Source: Octopus sinensis (taxonomy: Eukaryota). Taken from it: a stretch of DNA of 64,000 nucleotides. Location: contig NC_043007.1 of assembly GCF_006345805.1 (NCBI RefSeq), positions 70,742,001 through 70,806,000 on the forward strand. The letters are read 5' to 3'. A program made the translations under genes and the position numbers. This document shows positions 1-13,335 of the stretch, in pieces (position 1 is the stretch's first letter; each line of letters begins with the position of its first letter). The notes under the pieces were generated by a model. It made no database searches. It was not told the DNA's origin and was given only the letters and a program-made list of their open reading frames with translations.

Positions 1-226
1 ATATATATATATTATAATTATATACATAATTATAACAAGAGCTTGGCTTGCACTTCACCATGCACTGAAAAAGAGACGTCGAAAGACACAATTACTACTA
101 TAAATTCTCCGAGAAAAACAAGCCTTGTTATAATTATGTATATAATTATAAGATATCTATAAAATTTACCTATGAGGTTTTATTTCCGCACTGACCACTT
201 GGTAAAAATCATTCATGTTTTTATGC

Positions 227-414
<188 letters not shown>

Positions 415-587
415 AGTAAACAGAAAATGGAGAAATATTGATCAACAACAAATTGACTAACATCAATTATTACTTTTTAATACACATAGACTTTGATGTT
501 AGTCAATTGTTGTTCATCAATATTTCTCCATTTTCTGTTTATTTTAAATTTGATTCTTGATAAACTCATGTTTATCTTTGTCCTTAC

Positions 588-649
588 CTGTAACCTGTGA
601 GCATAATATGCTTGCATATGTATGTCCAGGGTTAACATAGGTAATTATA
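588..649 (-). CDS. Candidate coding exon (IITYVNPGHTYASILCSQVT), gene unknown
   Basis: Minus strand: acceptor ttttcctaccag, 62 nt open in one frame, donor CAG/GTAAGG. No homology recognised. Confidence 0.25.
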
Positions 650-719
650 CTGGTAGGAAAATGGATTTTTTATCTCTTAGACAGTTATTCCAACCTCTAA
701 CTCTACTGACCTATATATA

Positions 720-759
<40 letters not shown>

Positions 760-765
<6 letters not shown>

Positions 766-1263
766 AGAAGACCCGGCAGGACAAGTGAGACCATAACCCA
801 TGGCCTCAGTTCACTTATGCATACCTTTCCTTCTTGGGACACAAAACTCTACTTGTGAAGACCTGTTGAGGCAAGTGAAAATCAAAATCAAAATCAAAAA
901 TCAAAATCGATCAACATCAATGGAAATTGTAGCTGTGATACCAGTACCGGTGGCACATAAGAGAACAATCCAAACATGGCTGTTGCCAGCGCCGCCTCGA
1001 CAGGCTTCCGTGCCGGTGGCACATAAAAAGCACCATCCGCTTGTGGCCGTTTGCCAGCCTCGTCTGGCACCTGTGCCGGTGGCACGTAAAATGCACCCAC
1101 TACACTCATGGAGTGGTTGGCATTAGGAAGGGCATCCAGCCATAGAAACATTGCCAGATCAGACTGGGCCTGGTGCAGCCTTCTGGCTTCCCAGACCCCA
1201 GTTGCACTGTCCAACTCATGCCAGCATGGAAAGCGGACGCTAAACGATGATGATGATGATGAT
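760..1263 (+). mobile_element. RTE-related LINE/SINE 3' module (family C) ending in (GAT)n
   Basis: Three GTRCCGGTGGCAC motifs, then ggttggcattaggaagggcatccagc...gcatggaaagcggacgctaaacgatgatgat; homologous copies at 35.4-35.9k, 21.1k, 23.7k, 26.5k, 36.2k and 39.5k. Confidence 0.75.
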
Positions 1264-1267
1264 GTGC

Positions 1268-1568
1268 TTGTTCCTTCTCAAGCCATGCCTGGCTCATAAT
1301 GGGCTGGTTTCCCGGTTTTATTGGCGTATAGGTTCCCCACTTGGATGGAATGCCAGTCCATCGCAGGTGAGCTGCTAGATGCAGGAGGAAAGAGTGAGAG
1401 AAAGTTGTGGCGAAGGAGTCAGCAGAAGTTCGCCATTACCTTCTGCTGGAGCTGTGTGGAGCTTAGGTGTTTTGCTCATAAACACACACATTGCCTGGTA
1501 TGAGATTCGAACCTGTGATCCCTCGACCGCAAGTCCGCTACTCTAACCCCTAAGCCATGTGCCTCCAC
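1268..1568 (-). mobile_element. tRNA-derived SINE (family D)
   Basis: Reverse complement of the 12348-12655 copy; tRNA-like A/B boxes at the 1500-1568 end. Confidence 0.85.
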
Positions 1569-1647
1569 TATATATGATATATATGTATATACATGTATGT
1601 ATGTGCGCACACACACACACACACATATGCAGATATATGTATATTTA

Positions 1648-2025
1648 TCTCTCTCTATATAAACGGCAGTTTGTCTGTGTGTGTTTCTGTGTGTCTGTTA
1701 GGTTGTACCCTCACCGTGACCACGGCTTTCAACCGATTCTGATGAAACTTGACACACACATAGCCCAATGTCATAATTCAAAACTAACGCAGCGAAAATT
1801 TTGAAAAGTTCCCCCAGTTCTGAAAATAATCGATAAATTCGACATGGGGTCGAGAATCAGAACACAAACCACAGACTGTCTAGGGAACGCAACTCGACCT
1901 TTTTAACTCAAAAAAATTTACCATAATTTTTTTCCCCTTTTTTTGCTATTTTTTGGCTATAACTCTCTAAAAATGCTTATAGTTATTTCCTTACAAACCC
2001 GAGCAACGCCGGGCGATACTGCTAG
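1648..2025 (+). mobile_element. Non-autonomous Helitron, copy 1
   Basis: 5' TC...TATATAAA start; 3' hairpin CCCGAGCAACGCCGGG followed by CTAG; inserted between A and T. Confidence 0.85.
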
Positions 2026-3315
2026 TATTTATATATATATCAATATATGTATATTTCTCCTCACCACCCTGGCCAATTTCTAATTCCCTACAAAATGAAT
2101 TCCATACCGTAATCACAAGCACAGAAGCATTCATCTCTTGCATCTCCCCATTCTGCAGTCAGTGAACACACCAAGTTAGAAACTTTTTTATTTGGTTGAA
2201 CTAACCAGTTTAGTATGTTATATATCAGTCAACTGACTGAAATGTGTGTATATTTCCAAATAGTGCAAAATGGGAAAGGATTTTGTATTTCATGCTATGC
2301 ATGACTAAACACAGATGGTCAGGAACATTCTGAATATAAATAGAACTCTGCAGCATAGTATATTGAGTAGAATAAACCTAGAAGCAATTTAAGCGTATTC
2401 TTCTTCTACCAGTTTCAGGTTAATGTAAATGTCTAATACTTGCACAAATAAAAATGGCTAAAATTCATTTAATGTTTTATGAAAATTTACAGAATTGCAG
2501 TTTAATGCCTCTCCTCCGTTTTTACAATTATTCTTTAATATAAGCAACAACAAGCATTTTTGTTAAGTAAATGTTTTATTAGTTGTGTTGTTTTTTCTTT
2601 TAAATCTATTATTTAATTACTTATTGATTTATTTCTTTAAATCACATGACATAGTAAATCAAAATACTTTTCCATATTTGATGGTGTGTTTTATAACCTA
2701 ACAGGTCACGATGATTTCACTGAAGTGTTTGTCTTTATCTAGAAATGACTGGGTTTTTTGTTTAGCCTGGGTTCAGCCCTAGTGGAAAGGCCTATGATAA
2801 AAGACAATCCAACCATGGCTGTCCCATCTTTTCTTTTCACATAGTTAGTGTTGCAGTATTCATTGCTTCCTAATCTGTAATTTGAAGGTGATTTGGCTGT
2901 TGTTTCTAGCAGGAGTGTTATGTTGATGGCATTGATTCTCCCCCAAATCATGACAATAATAAGTTTTTAAATCAACACACTTTGAAAAAACAAACTATCA
3001 TTAAGTACACAGTGCTCCCACTAATTACTGTAGTAATCACTCCTCTCATTCAGTATTTGTTCACAGCTTGGTGGTATAAGTTATTTAAGAGTGAAATGTT
3101 TTGGCCACAGACATACCACAGCAGTGTTCTTGTTATGCAAAACATCAGCTCTTTGGTCACCAGTTTAGTATCCTATCACCCAACTCTGTTATAGTTCTTC
3201 CCTAGCTCAACAAGGAGTCACCAGCTTCATATTTTATCATCCAACTCCTTTGTAATTCTTCCTTAGCTCAACAATGATGAAATGATTACTGTTATTATTC
3301 TGTTCCATAATTTAA

Positions 3316-3975
3316 CAGTGAGCTAGCAGAGTTGTTAGCATGCTGGGCAAAATGCTTAGTGGCATTTCATCTGCCTTTGTGTTCTGAATTCAAATTCTGC
3401 CATTTATCCTTTCAGGATCGGTAAAATTAGTACCAGTTGAGCACTGGGGTCAATGTAATTGACTAGCCCCTTTTCCAACAAATTCCAAGCCTTGTGCCTA
3501 TAGTAGAAAGGATTAGTCAATATTCTTTTCTACTCTAAGCGCAAGGGCCGAAATTTTTGGAGAAGGGGCCAGTCAATTAGATCGACCCCAGAATGCAACT
3601 GGCACTTAATTTATCGACCCCGAAAGGATGAAAGGCAAAGTCAACCTTGGTGGAATTAGAACTCAGAACGTAAAGACTGACGAAATATCGCTAAACATTT
3701 TGCCCAGCATGCTAGCATTTGTGCCAGTTCACCGCCTTAGAATTAGTTAACATTATCAAGGCAGTGAACTGGCAGAATCATTAGCACACCAGGTAAAATA
3801 CTTAGCGGCATTTTGCTTGTCTTTACATTCTGTGTATAAATTCTGTTGGGTTGGCTTGTCTTTCATCCTTTTGAAATCAGTAAATAAGTACCAGCAGAAC
3901 ACTAGTGTTGATTTGCTCAACTTATCTTCTCCCTGAAACCTACGGGCCTTGTACCAAAATTTGAAACCAATATTT
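3316..3975. mobile_element. Cluster of three family-A SINEs (+ 3316-3515, - 3530-3740, + 3765-3975)
   Basis: Each carries gagctggcagaa..ttagca..aaatgcttag..ctgagttcaaat..ctttcatcctt..aagtaccag or its reverse complement. Confidence 0.85.
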
Positions 3976-4129
3976 AGAATTATCAAAATACTCTCTACAT
4001 GTGTTCAATAAGACAGCAGCATGTCGTCTGAAAGAGAATTGACTGCTATTTCTTGTAGGCTGTGTAACCATGTAGAGGGTCCCTTGTTGGGTGCAAGAGG
4101 TAATGTTGTCTCTATTTACAAACAGGCAA

Positions 4130-4237
4130 GCATATATATCTATATCTATCTATCTATCTATCTATCTATATACATATATACATATATACATATATACATA
4201 TATACATATACATATATACACCCACACACCCACACAC

Positions 4238-4273
<36 letters not shown>

Positions 4274-4300
4274 TGTGTGTGTGTGTGAGAGTTTGTGTGT
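4130..4300. repeat. Compound (CTAT)/(TA)/(CA)/(TG) microsatellite
   Basis: Directly visible. Confidence 0.9.
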
Positions 4301-4859
4301 GTCTGCTAATCTATAATGTTGTTGTCATTATTGTCATCATCGTTGTCCTCCTCCTCCTCCTCATCATCATCATCACCACTTAGGAAAGATTATGTGATTT
4401 ATATTTAATATTTATTACTTATTATATTGTATTATATTAATATTATGATAAGAATATGACATAATATATTATTATGCTAATAAATTAAAAATTTTAATTT
4501 TTGAATTGCAAATTGTTACACATCTCCATTTTCTAATCATTTTTATAATTTAATAGATACCCATGTAATTTGTAAAGTTCTTTTTTCTCTGCAAAATTGG
4601 GTATTTAACTGTGGAGCCAGTGAAAGATTGGATGTTTTTCATCCCTATTTTCCTTGGATTATATAATATATATATCCATATGTATATCGTTACATACATA
4701 CATATATATGTATACACACACACACACATATATATATTATATATGTATATATATATACCTTATATATAATAAAATGGAAGATGTGTGTGTGTGTGTGTAT
4801 GTGTGTACACATACATTTTTCTTGATCCCCCTTAAAATCAATATTTTTCATCCAATTTC

Positions 4860-5905
4860 ATTCATGCTGGGAACATACATCACTTATGTTCCAGTGATGG
4901 TCATAGACACTTCAAATTTTCCACATAATGTGTAATGCTGCCCCCGGGAGATGAAAACATCTACTCATAAGTAAATAACAAATACCAACGATCGTTGCTT
5001 CAAGAGACATTACTCTTGATAACGTAGTTATGCTACTTTCACTTTGTCTTCTACTACAGCTTTTACAATGCCCATTCACAGAAAACTGCTGATATTTGCA
5101 CATAGCACTTCTTTGAGGTAGCCATGCAATTTAAATCAACTTTCAATTATTTTTTTAAACACTTCAGAAATTAATCCATGTCATATCTGGAAATTAATCA
5201 TATTATATATATTCAGAATTTAATCAATACTATATATATTCTCTGCTTTTATTCATACAAAGCTGTGACAGTTGTACAGTTTTTACAATGCCCATTCCCT
5301 GCAAACTGCTGATATTTGCACATTAGCACAGGGCTGTTCTTGCTCCTACAAATGCAGCTGTCACCACTTTTAACTTAGTAAGCTACCTTCTCAAGAATGA
5401 TATTACAGATTAGTTGACACCACTATTGACCCCAATCAGGTAATACACTTTCCAACAGAATTTCTCAACTTCCAACATCCTTCAGGACTCTCTCCCCATG
5501 AACTTCACTTAAAAGTCAGTTGCCCTGTTATCCTCCTATGCAATCTAAACACAACTACATTATGCAATGGAACTTGCCTTGTGGTCAAACAAATGATGGA
5601 TCACGTCACTGAGTCACAAATTATAAGGGGGAATGGCAAAAATGATACCGTTTTTATTCTGAAAATTTTGCTAACCTCAACAGACTATGTGGTGACTTTA
5701 GTTCCCTCTCAAACTCAGTTTCACCAAAATTAACAAAGCACAAGGTCAATCACTGAAAGTTGTTGGATTGGACCTTTGAACGTCATACTTTTCACATGAA
5801 CAGTTCTATGTCGGTTGTTCCAGAGTTGGCCATCCAGACAACTTATTCATGTATGATCCCAAAAGAAAAACCAAAAATGTCATCTACAAAGCAGCTTTAC
5901 AGTAG
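4860..5905 (+). pseudogene. Decayed Helitron RepHel PIF1-type helicase C-terminal region
   Basis: Across frameshifts and stops: RAVLAPTNAAV; DTTIDPNQVIHFPTEFLNFQHPSGLSPHELHLKVSCPVILLCNLN-TTTLCNGTCLVVK; KINKAQGQSLKVVGLDL*TSYFSHEQFYVGCSRVG..KTKNVIYKAALQ* (stop 5903-5905). These are canonical Helitron helicase motifs. Confidence 0.92.
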
Positions 5906-6182
5906 TTACTCCTCTATTGCAATCTTCATATCTACGCCAAACTGTAGCTGTTAGCAATCAGACTTCCCTAAAGCATTTCATTGATAATTTCACTTCATTT
6001 CCATGATTGCTGATAACAGTACATTACTTTCACTGATCATTCTTACTTCACACATGCTGTTCACTCATAAGCATGCTCTAACATTTATTTTTGTACATGC
6101 CATTATTCTATTTGTGTGTTTGCTATAAACGTTTGCTTTTGTTTATCATACATGACTTTCATTGAAAAAAGCTCTTATGCAG

Positions 6183-6232
6183 TTGTATCAAGCATTACAA
6201 GTAAAATAAATACTAGCTACAAAACGCTTCAG
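6183..6232 (+). CDS. Candidate coding exon (VSSITSKINTSYKTLQ), gene unknown
   Basis: Acceptor ttatgcag, donor CAG/GTAAGA, open frame, phase-compatible with 12821-12878. Confidence 0.2.
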
Positions 6233-6564
6233 GTAAGATATAGGATCCCTAAAGCCCACTGCAATTGCGATCTCATTTCATGGGCTTTTATTTATTACTA
6301 ACTGCCAAATTTGTGTTCAAAAAACTTAATTCATTACCTAGGTTGCTTAATACCTAATACCATATAATCAACTGCTAACGAAATTGGTAATTATACATTT
6401 TGCATTTATCAACCTGATAAACTTTAGTATTTCCCTCTATTTAACCACCTCACAGTGTCGTTGATGATTGGATATCCCTAATATCCCAGAAACAGCTGTA
6501 AGACTTTCTCTTTATAAATGTCCTGAAAATGCTACACAGCCTTGGCTTTGTTGTCTCATTCTAT

Positions 6565-6760
<196 letters not shown>

Positions 6761-6770
6761 TAAATGCATA

Positions 6771-7453
6771 GGGTCGTCCCATAAATAATGCAGTTCTTTT
6801 TATATTTCTTTTAATTTTTAAAATTAAGATAAACAAAGTTCTTTTTTAATCTAAAATATACTTTCCTTCATTTTCTGCAATTCATCTCCATCTATCAGGT
6901 AGACTTGCGAGGCCCCTTTTCTAAAATTTCACTTGCCTGTGATGAAAAATACTCCTTCAGTATTGTTCTGACCTCATCTACAGAATTCATATTTTTTCCG
7001 TCCAAATGATTTTGAAGACTGCGGAATAAATAATAATCAGATGGGGCTATATTTGGCGAACATGGTGGGTGGGGAATCGTTTCCCATTCAAACTGCTCCA
7101 GTATTTGAATTGTCATTCTCACTGTATGTGGTCGAGAACACCTTTCATCCTGAAACCAAAGTTGGTGCTATTTCCTTCTAGCATTGACTTAAACCACCCA
7201 AACTGCTTGCAGTAGATCCCCTTTATTGTTTGGTTTGGGTTTAAAAGTTCAAAGTGGATTAAACCTTTTATATCCCACCCAACAGATAATAACACCTTAT
7301 GTGGGTGAAGACCTTCTTTAGCATGGGGTGCTAAGTACAAGGTAAAATAACCACCTTCTTTTATAGCAAGTTCACTCAGGTAGTTTATCCCGTGCCCCTC
7401 TGACTTTTAGTTCATGCAACTGAAAAAACTGCATTATTTATGTAGGAGCACTC
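6771..7453 (-). mobile_element. Internally deleted mariner (DD34D-type) element
   Basis: Terminal inverted repeats (cataaataatgcagtt / aactgcattatttatg), TA at the left flank; minus-strand peptides HPPCSPNIAPSDYYLFRSLQNHLDGK and KVLLSVGWDIKGLIHFELL. Confidence 0.88.
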
Positions 7454-7454
7454 T

Positions 7455-7770
7455 GTCGGTTATGATGACGAGGGTCCCAGCTGATATGATCAATGGAACA
7501 GCTTGCTCGTGAAATTAATGTGCAAGTGATTGAGCAATCCAGAGACACATGTACCCCTAACATAGTTCTCATGGAGATTCAGTGTGACACAGAATGTGAT
7601 AAGGCTGGCCCTTTGAAATACAGGCACAGCTCAATTTTACCAGCTGAGTGGACTGGAGCAATGTGATATAAAGTGTCTTGCTTAAGGACACAACATGTCA
7701 CTGGGAATCAAACTCACGACCTCACAATCATGAGCCGGATGCCCTAACCACTAAGCTACGTGCTTTCACA
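7455..7770 (-). mobile_element. tRNA-derived SINE (family G)
   Basis: Minus-strand tRNA head (tagcttagtggttagggc..gagtttgattcc) then ttaagcaagacact..gctccagtccactcagctg core; relatives at 44950, 55780, 62410 and in the 42.6-43.2k palindrome. Confidence 0.8.
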
Positions 7771-9374
7771 TTATTTATGTGATGACCCAATATATACATA
7801 TATTTATGAAAGTGGCAAGCTGGCAGAATCATTACTGCGCTGGGTAAAATGCTTAGCAGTATTTCGTCCATCTCTATGTCCTGAGTTCATATTATGCTGA
7901 TGTCAACTTTACTTTACATGCTTTCGGGTTTGATAAAATTAATACCATTTGGACAATGGGGTTAATGTACTTGACTATTAAGGCAGTGCTCCAGCATAGC
8001 CACAGTCAAATAACTGAAGCAAATAAAAGAATAAAAGAATATATATGTATATATATATATATTCAGATAAATATATATGCATGCATGTATGCATTTGTGT
8101 ATATATGCATGCATGTATATATACCTGCATGTGTACATGTGCTTGCATGTGTGTGAGTGTGTGTGTGTGTGAGTGTGTGTGTCTGTGTGTGTGTGTGTGT
8201 GCATGCGTGCGTGCGTGTGTGTGTGCATACGCAAAGTGGTTTCATTCAGTCAGAGTATAAAAGGAAATTTATGTCACCAAATGCCATTTTATTGTGTTGA
8301 TTATTATAAAGCGGATCATTGAAACATCTGCTTTGTTTCATGTGATGTTTTTTCGTGATGATGTCCTCCCCTCATAACACACAATCATTACGTAACAGTC
8401 ATTGTTTGAAAAAGAAGACCATTTGGTTGCAACAATTGAAATTATAAAGGAACAGGTTTATTTCTGTTTTCCAATAAAAACCCATTTTATTAACTCTTTC
8501 TTTCATTTGTTTCTTTATATTCTTTGTAAGCCAAAAACTGTAAAAATATGACATTAATGCTTATTTCCTCAACCAATTCCACTGCTTGAAGGATGATCCA
8601 GAAATAAATTCAGTCTTTGATGGCATAAAAGACACATGAATGTATTAGATTCATCCCAATTTCAGCAGCACATTTTTAGGAAAAAATGTTTTTATTGCAT
8701 TAAAACTTATGAAAGACCCAACTTTGCATATAGGACTCAGGGTGATTTTTCTTTTTTTGAGACATTTATTTTGAAAAAAAAAAGTGCTTCTTATATATAC
8801 CATAAAAAATGGTAAGTTGCAGAAACCTACGCAAAATACTGTGCTGCCAACAGAAAAAAAGAACAGTAAAATCTTGGTCTCAGTTGTATTCTTTTGATAA
8901 ATTTTATTTATGTTTTTACTATTTTGACTTACGTTATTTTCAGAGTTTCAACCATTTAAATATTTATTTATTTTCCATCACTGAGGAAAATTACAAAAGA
9001 TGTGGCAGAAAAAAAAAATTAAATCAATACTTTTGTATTTTAAGTAATAAATTATTTTGTGGTGGAAACAATGCCAGAATAGATAAGAGGTTGATTAGCA
9101 ATCACAAAGTACTGAGTTCAGTCTCATAGTCAGGCAGTTTGGCTGTTTTTTTATCATAGTCTTGGGTTGACTGAAGCCTTGTGAATAAAAATGTGTGGAT
9201 GGAAACTGTGCTGAAGCTCATCAGATAGATTCAAATTGCCTAATCTTGTTATACAGAATATCCTGCTGACTCTGCTTGAGAATTCCATGAAAGGTACAAG
9301 TGTCTGTGGAATACTCAGTCACTTGAATGAAGAGGTAATTATTGTTGGAACTGGTCCTTTTTTTTGTATTTGTT

Positions 9375-9484
9375 TCAATGAAATAATTGCATCATTTTTG
9401 TGAGAACATTTCTGGTGTCAGAGAAGTGGAATATTTTTAACTGGGCGTTGAACCTGATCCTGGCATTGTCAAAGGATATGGCAA
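9375..9484 (-). CDS. Candidate terminal coding exon (AISFDNARIRFNAQLKIFHFSDTRNVLTKMMQLFH*), gene unknown
   Basis: Acceptor atattccag, 36 codons to TGA in non-repetitive DNA; no homology recognised. Confidence 0.15.
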
Positions 9485-10595
9485 CTGGAATATTATAAGA
9501 TATATTGTTTTTACTCTCTTCTACTGAATTCAGTCATTAGACTGTGGCTATGCTGGGGCACCACCTTCAAGGGTTTTAAATCATTGATTCTCAACTGGGG
9601 TTCACATGACCTTTCGGGGTCCAAATTAAATTTCAACAATTTTTAACAAAACATTTTAACATTTTTTCTAATACTATCTCTAATAATATTAAATTATAAA
9701 GACATAATGGTATTTTATGTAAGCATCAAATGGCTATCAGGGTCAAGAAGTTTTTTTTTTGCCTTAACTTCGTTTAACAAGACCAAAAATTTTATTGAAA
9801 TAAAGGCATGCTTAATTATTTTTTAATGAAAAGAAAACACTGATTGCTTTTTATTCAGCAGGTATGATTCAGCACTGTCCATTGGGAGGATACACACACG
9901 TTTTGCTTGTGTATATATATATACACACACACACACACACATATATTTTATATGCAGTTAAGTATATGTCTGGTCATAGAGTGAGCAATGGTTTTGCATC
10001 CATAAAGCACAGAGCTTTATAGATGACACATTAGACCCTTACATATATACATATATTCATATATATATATTGGAGAAATAATCAAAAGTTTAAAGAAAAC
10101 AGAAAATATATATAGAATAATGATTTTTTAATCATAGTGCCGTCAATTAATAAGTTATTACATTTATTCACCTATGTTATGTTTTAGCCAATTGTTATTC
10201 CATATTTGCAAATATTCCATATTTGCACCTTTAAAGTGCCCACTTGGATAATATATCCATACAAAAGAAACCTTCTTTATGAAGAAAATATTATTTTTGA
10301 ATAAAGGCCTATACATGTCCATTTTTTTCTGTCCTTGTTTTTGTATACATTTGCTGCTTTCTTTCAAGGAATCTAATGCTCTTAGTTTTGTTTTATCCTT
10401 GGGCTGGCCAGATTGGAGCAATCTCAAGTATAATCAGCTGAAATTGCAAAGATAATCTGGTACTTGACTGAGGAAAGAAAACTTTGAATGACCTGTCCTT
10501 GTTTTCTTTGTATTGTCTATCTGGATGTTTTGTTGTCCCATTTTTGCATCACCTAACTGTCCGGATGTATTGTGTTCTTGTCCCATTTTGTATTT

Positions 10596-10644
<49 letters not shown>

Positions 10645-10787
10645 CACATTATTACATTAAGGGCTGTTACTATAAGCAAAGTATATTTAAAAAATTATAT
10701 ACTTAGTATTAATTTTTTACCATAATTGGTTTTACACACTGGCTACTTGATAAAATCTTATATAGATTGTATCGTTATATTTAATTG

Positions 10788-10822
<35 letters not shown>

Positions 10823-10826
10823 CATA

Positions 10827-12121
10827 CAGGAGTAGTTCACTAAAGATTTCCCCTGACCCACTTCTGGTTATTGCAGGATACGGAATTTGAACAGATATAA
10901 CCATATATGTCTCTGCATGTCACATTGTAAATTGCAGTTTTCCACAAGTATTTGTTTATCTTTTATGGCTGCTGAAGTGGACTAAGGTGTTATAATGGAG
11001 GCAGTTGAATGCAGATCAGGGATCAAGTTTGTATACTTGAAAGGTTGTACACCAAAAGAGACTTTTGATGAGATGAAAGAAGTTTATGGTGATGATGCAC
11101 CATCATATGGATTAGTCAAGTATTGGCATTACCAGTTCAAATGTGGTTGGACATTGGTGGAAACTGTTCCTATTCCTGGATGACCACATTCAGCCGTTGA
11201 TGATGATGACACCATCCATAATGTGGAAGCCATCATTTTGGAAGATTGTCACATAACTATTTGGCAACTAGTCAAAGAAGTGAAGCTAAGTGAAGGGTCC
11301 ATGGAAAAAAACATTCATGACCGTTTACCCATGTGGAAGTTGTCTGCATGATGGATTCCCCAGATGCTCCCACCTTTTCAGAAGCAGGAATGAGTCAATT
11401 GCTCTGAGGCTCTTTTGGCAATGTGCCAAGAAAACGAGGGCGACTTTTTTGGCAGACTTATCACACAAGATGAAACATGGGTTCATCACTATGGTCCTGA
11501 GACTATTTTCCAGTCGAAGCAAAGGAAGCATGATAACTCAGCACCTCCAAAGAAGGCATGTGTCAAACCCTCAGCAGACAAGGTGATGCTCAGTCTTTTG
11601 GGACCAGTATAGAGTAGCGATGATGGATTTTCTGGCAAAAGGCACCACAATTAATGGGGCCTATTTATGCTTCTCTGCTGCAGAAATTGCAGGATGCCAT
11701 CAAAGCAGAGAGGCATGGCATGTTGACCAAAGGAGTCCACCTCCTTCAAGATAACTCTCCCTAGTTCACAATGTGCATGTTGCCCAGATGAAAGCATACT
11801 CTTGTGGCTATGAAATCCCTCCTTATCCCCCTTACTTTCCTGACCTTGCCCCAACTGACTTCCACCTCTTTCCAACCATGAAGCCTTTTTTGAATGGGAA
11901 ACACTTTTTGGATGATGTTGAACTCATTTCTGAGGTAAAGTCTTGGCTGACACAACCTACCAACTTCTACAGACGAGGTCTTCACAGCTGCATAAAGCAA
12001 TGGGAGAAGTGTGTCACCATTGGTGGTGGTTATGTAGAGAAAGTTTGATAATTATGCTAAGTTTTGTTTATCCCAGTCTTTGGGAAGTGGGTCAGAGGAA
12101 ATCTTTAATGAACATCCCACA
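10827..12121 (+). mobile_element. Full-length (~1.3 kb) mariner transposon with inactivated transposase
   Basis: ~38-bp TIRs (gttcactaaagatttcccctgacccacttc / gaagtgggtcagaggaaatctttaatgaac), TA flanks; ATG at 10995, LITQDETWVHHY, LLQDNSP, YPPYFPDLAPTDFHLFP; stops and frameshifts. Confidence 0.93.
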
Positions 12122-12347
12122 TATATTATTTAGAACTGTTATTTCCTATTTGTAGTAATAATACTTCTTAATTCTCTTTCCAGGCTCTTTTTAAACACAC
12201 ACAAATATACAACGGGCCTCTTTCAGATTCCATTTGCCAAATCCCCCATCTCCAATGCGGTTGGGAAGCAAACCTCTTACCACACAGTCATGCTTGCACT
12301 TAGCTGCTTTATCTATTTTACAGATAATATTGTACATTGGAGTACGA

Positions 12348-12655
12348 GTGGCGGCACATGGCCTAGTGGTTAGAGCAGCAGACTCGTGGTCGAGGGATTG
12401 TGGGTTCGAATCTCAGATCGGGCGACGTGTGTGTTTATGAGCGAAACACCTAGGCTCCACGCGACTTTGGCAGAAGGTAATGGCAAACTTCTGCTGACTC
12501 TTTCGCCACAACTTTCTCTCACTCTTTCCTCCTGCATCTTGCAGCTCACCTGCGATGGACCGGTGTCCCATCCAGGTGGGGAGCCTATACGCTAATGAAA
12601 CTGAGAAACCGGCCCTTATGAGCCAGGCATGGCTCAAGAAGGAACAAACAATTAC
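12348..12655 (+). mobile_element. tRNA-derived SINE (family D) with 12-bp TSD
   Basis: A box TGGCCTAGTGG, B box GGTTCGAATC; ACATTGGAGTAC at 12334-12345 and 12662-12673. Confidence 0.9.
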
Positions 12656-12820
12656 ATTACAACATTGGAGTACAAAATGAAATGAATCATATAATCATAA
12701 AATAATTGTATTGCTTTGAAGAATTCTTTCTTGAGTTTTCCTACTTTGAATTAGATCTTGTGAAATTAGAATTTAGATTTAAAAAATCTATCCAGAAAAT
12801 TTCCTTCCTGAAATCAACAG

Positions 12821-12878
12821 AACTTTTGTCAACCCTACCTAGAAACCTTTCCAGAATTCCTGTGGAGGAAGAGGAAAG
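12821..12878 (+). CDS. Candidate coding exon (NFCQPYLETFPEFLWRKRK), gene unknown
   Basis: Acceptor ttccttcctgaaatcaacag, donor AAG/GTATGC, open in two frames. Confidence 0.3.
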
Positions 12879-13061
12879 GTATGCCTGAATGGGAGTTTCA
12901 TAAGAGGAAGGCCAAGTGGAAAGCTGTGAGATGTTATGATAAAGTTAAGAACCCTGTCATTGACAGAGAAGCTGGTTTATTGCTAAAAGATAAGTTATAG
13001 TTGTGTCCATACATAGATTAAAAGATATACAAAGAAAGACAGTGACAGACACACACACATC

Positions 13062-13064
<3 letters not shown>

Positions 13065-13097
<33 letters not shown>

Positions 13098-13283
13098 TGT
13101 ATGTATGTATGTATGTATGTATGTATGTATGTATGTATGTATGTATGTATGTATGTATGTATGTATGTATGTATGTATGTATGTATGTATACATGTATGA
13201 AAGTATGAATGTAAGCATGCAAGCATGCATCATCACCACCACCACCACCACCACCACCACCACCACCATGTATATATGTATAT

Positions 13284-13331
<48 letters not shown>

Positions 13332-13335
13332 CATA
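13065..13335. repeat. (TATG)n, (CAC)n and (TA)n microsatellites
   Basis: Directly visible. Confidence 0.95.

Noticed and set aside
5221-5400. Minus-strand Cys-rich peptide (MCKYQQFAGNGHCKNC) as an EGF/TNFR-like exon
   Set aside because: It is the antisense reading of the Helitron helicase relic.
10164-10590. Minus-strand ORFs MGQEHNTSG.. and MRLLQSGQP..
   Set aside because: No splice support; at best a decayed LINE C-terminus (RTGH motif), too weak to call.
12348-12425. tRNA genes (also at 1500-1568, 7700-7770 and 37930-38005)
   Set aside because: A/B boxes are present but they run directly into SINE bodies with TSDs, and no complete cloverleaf is evident.
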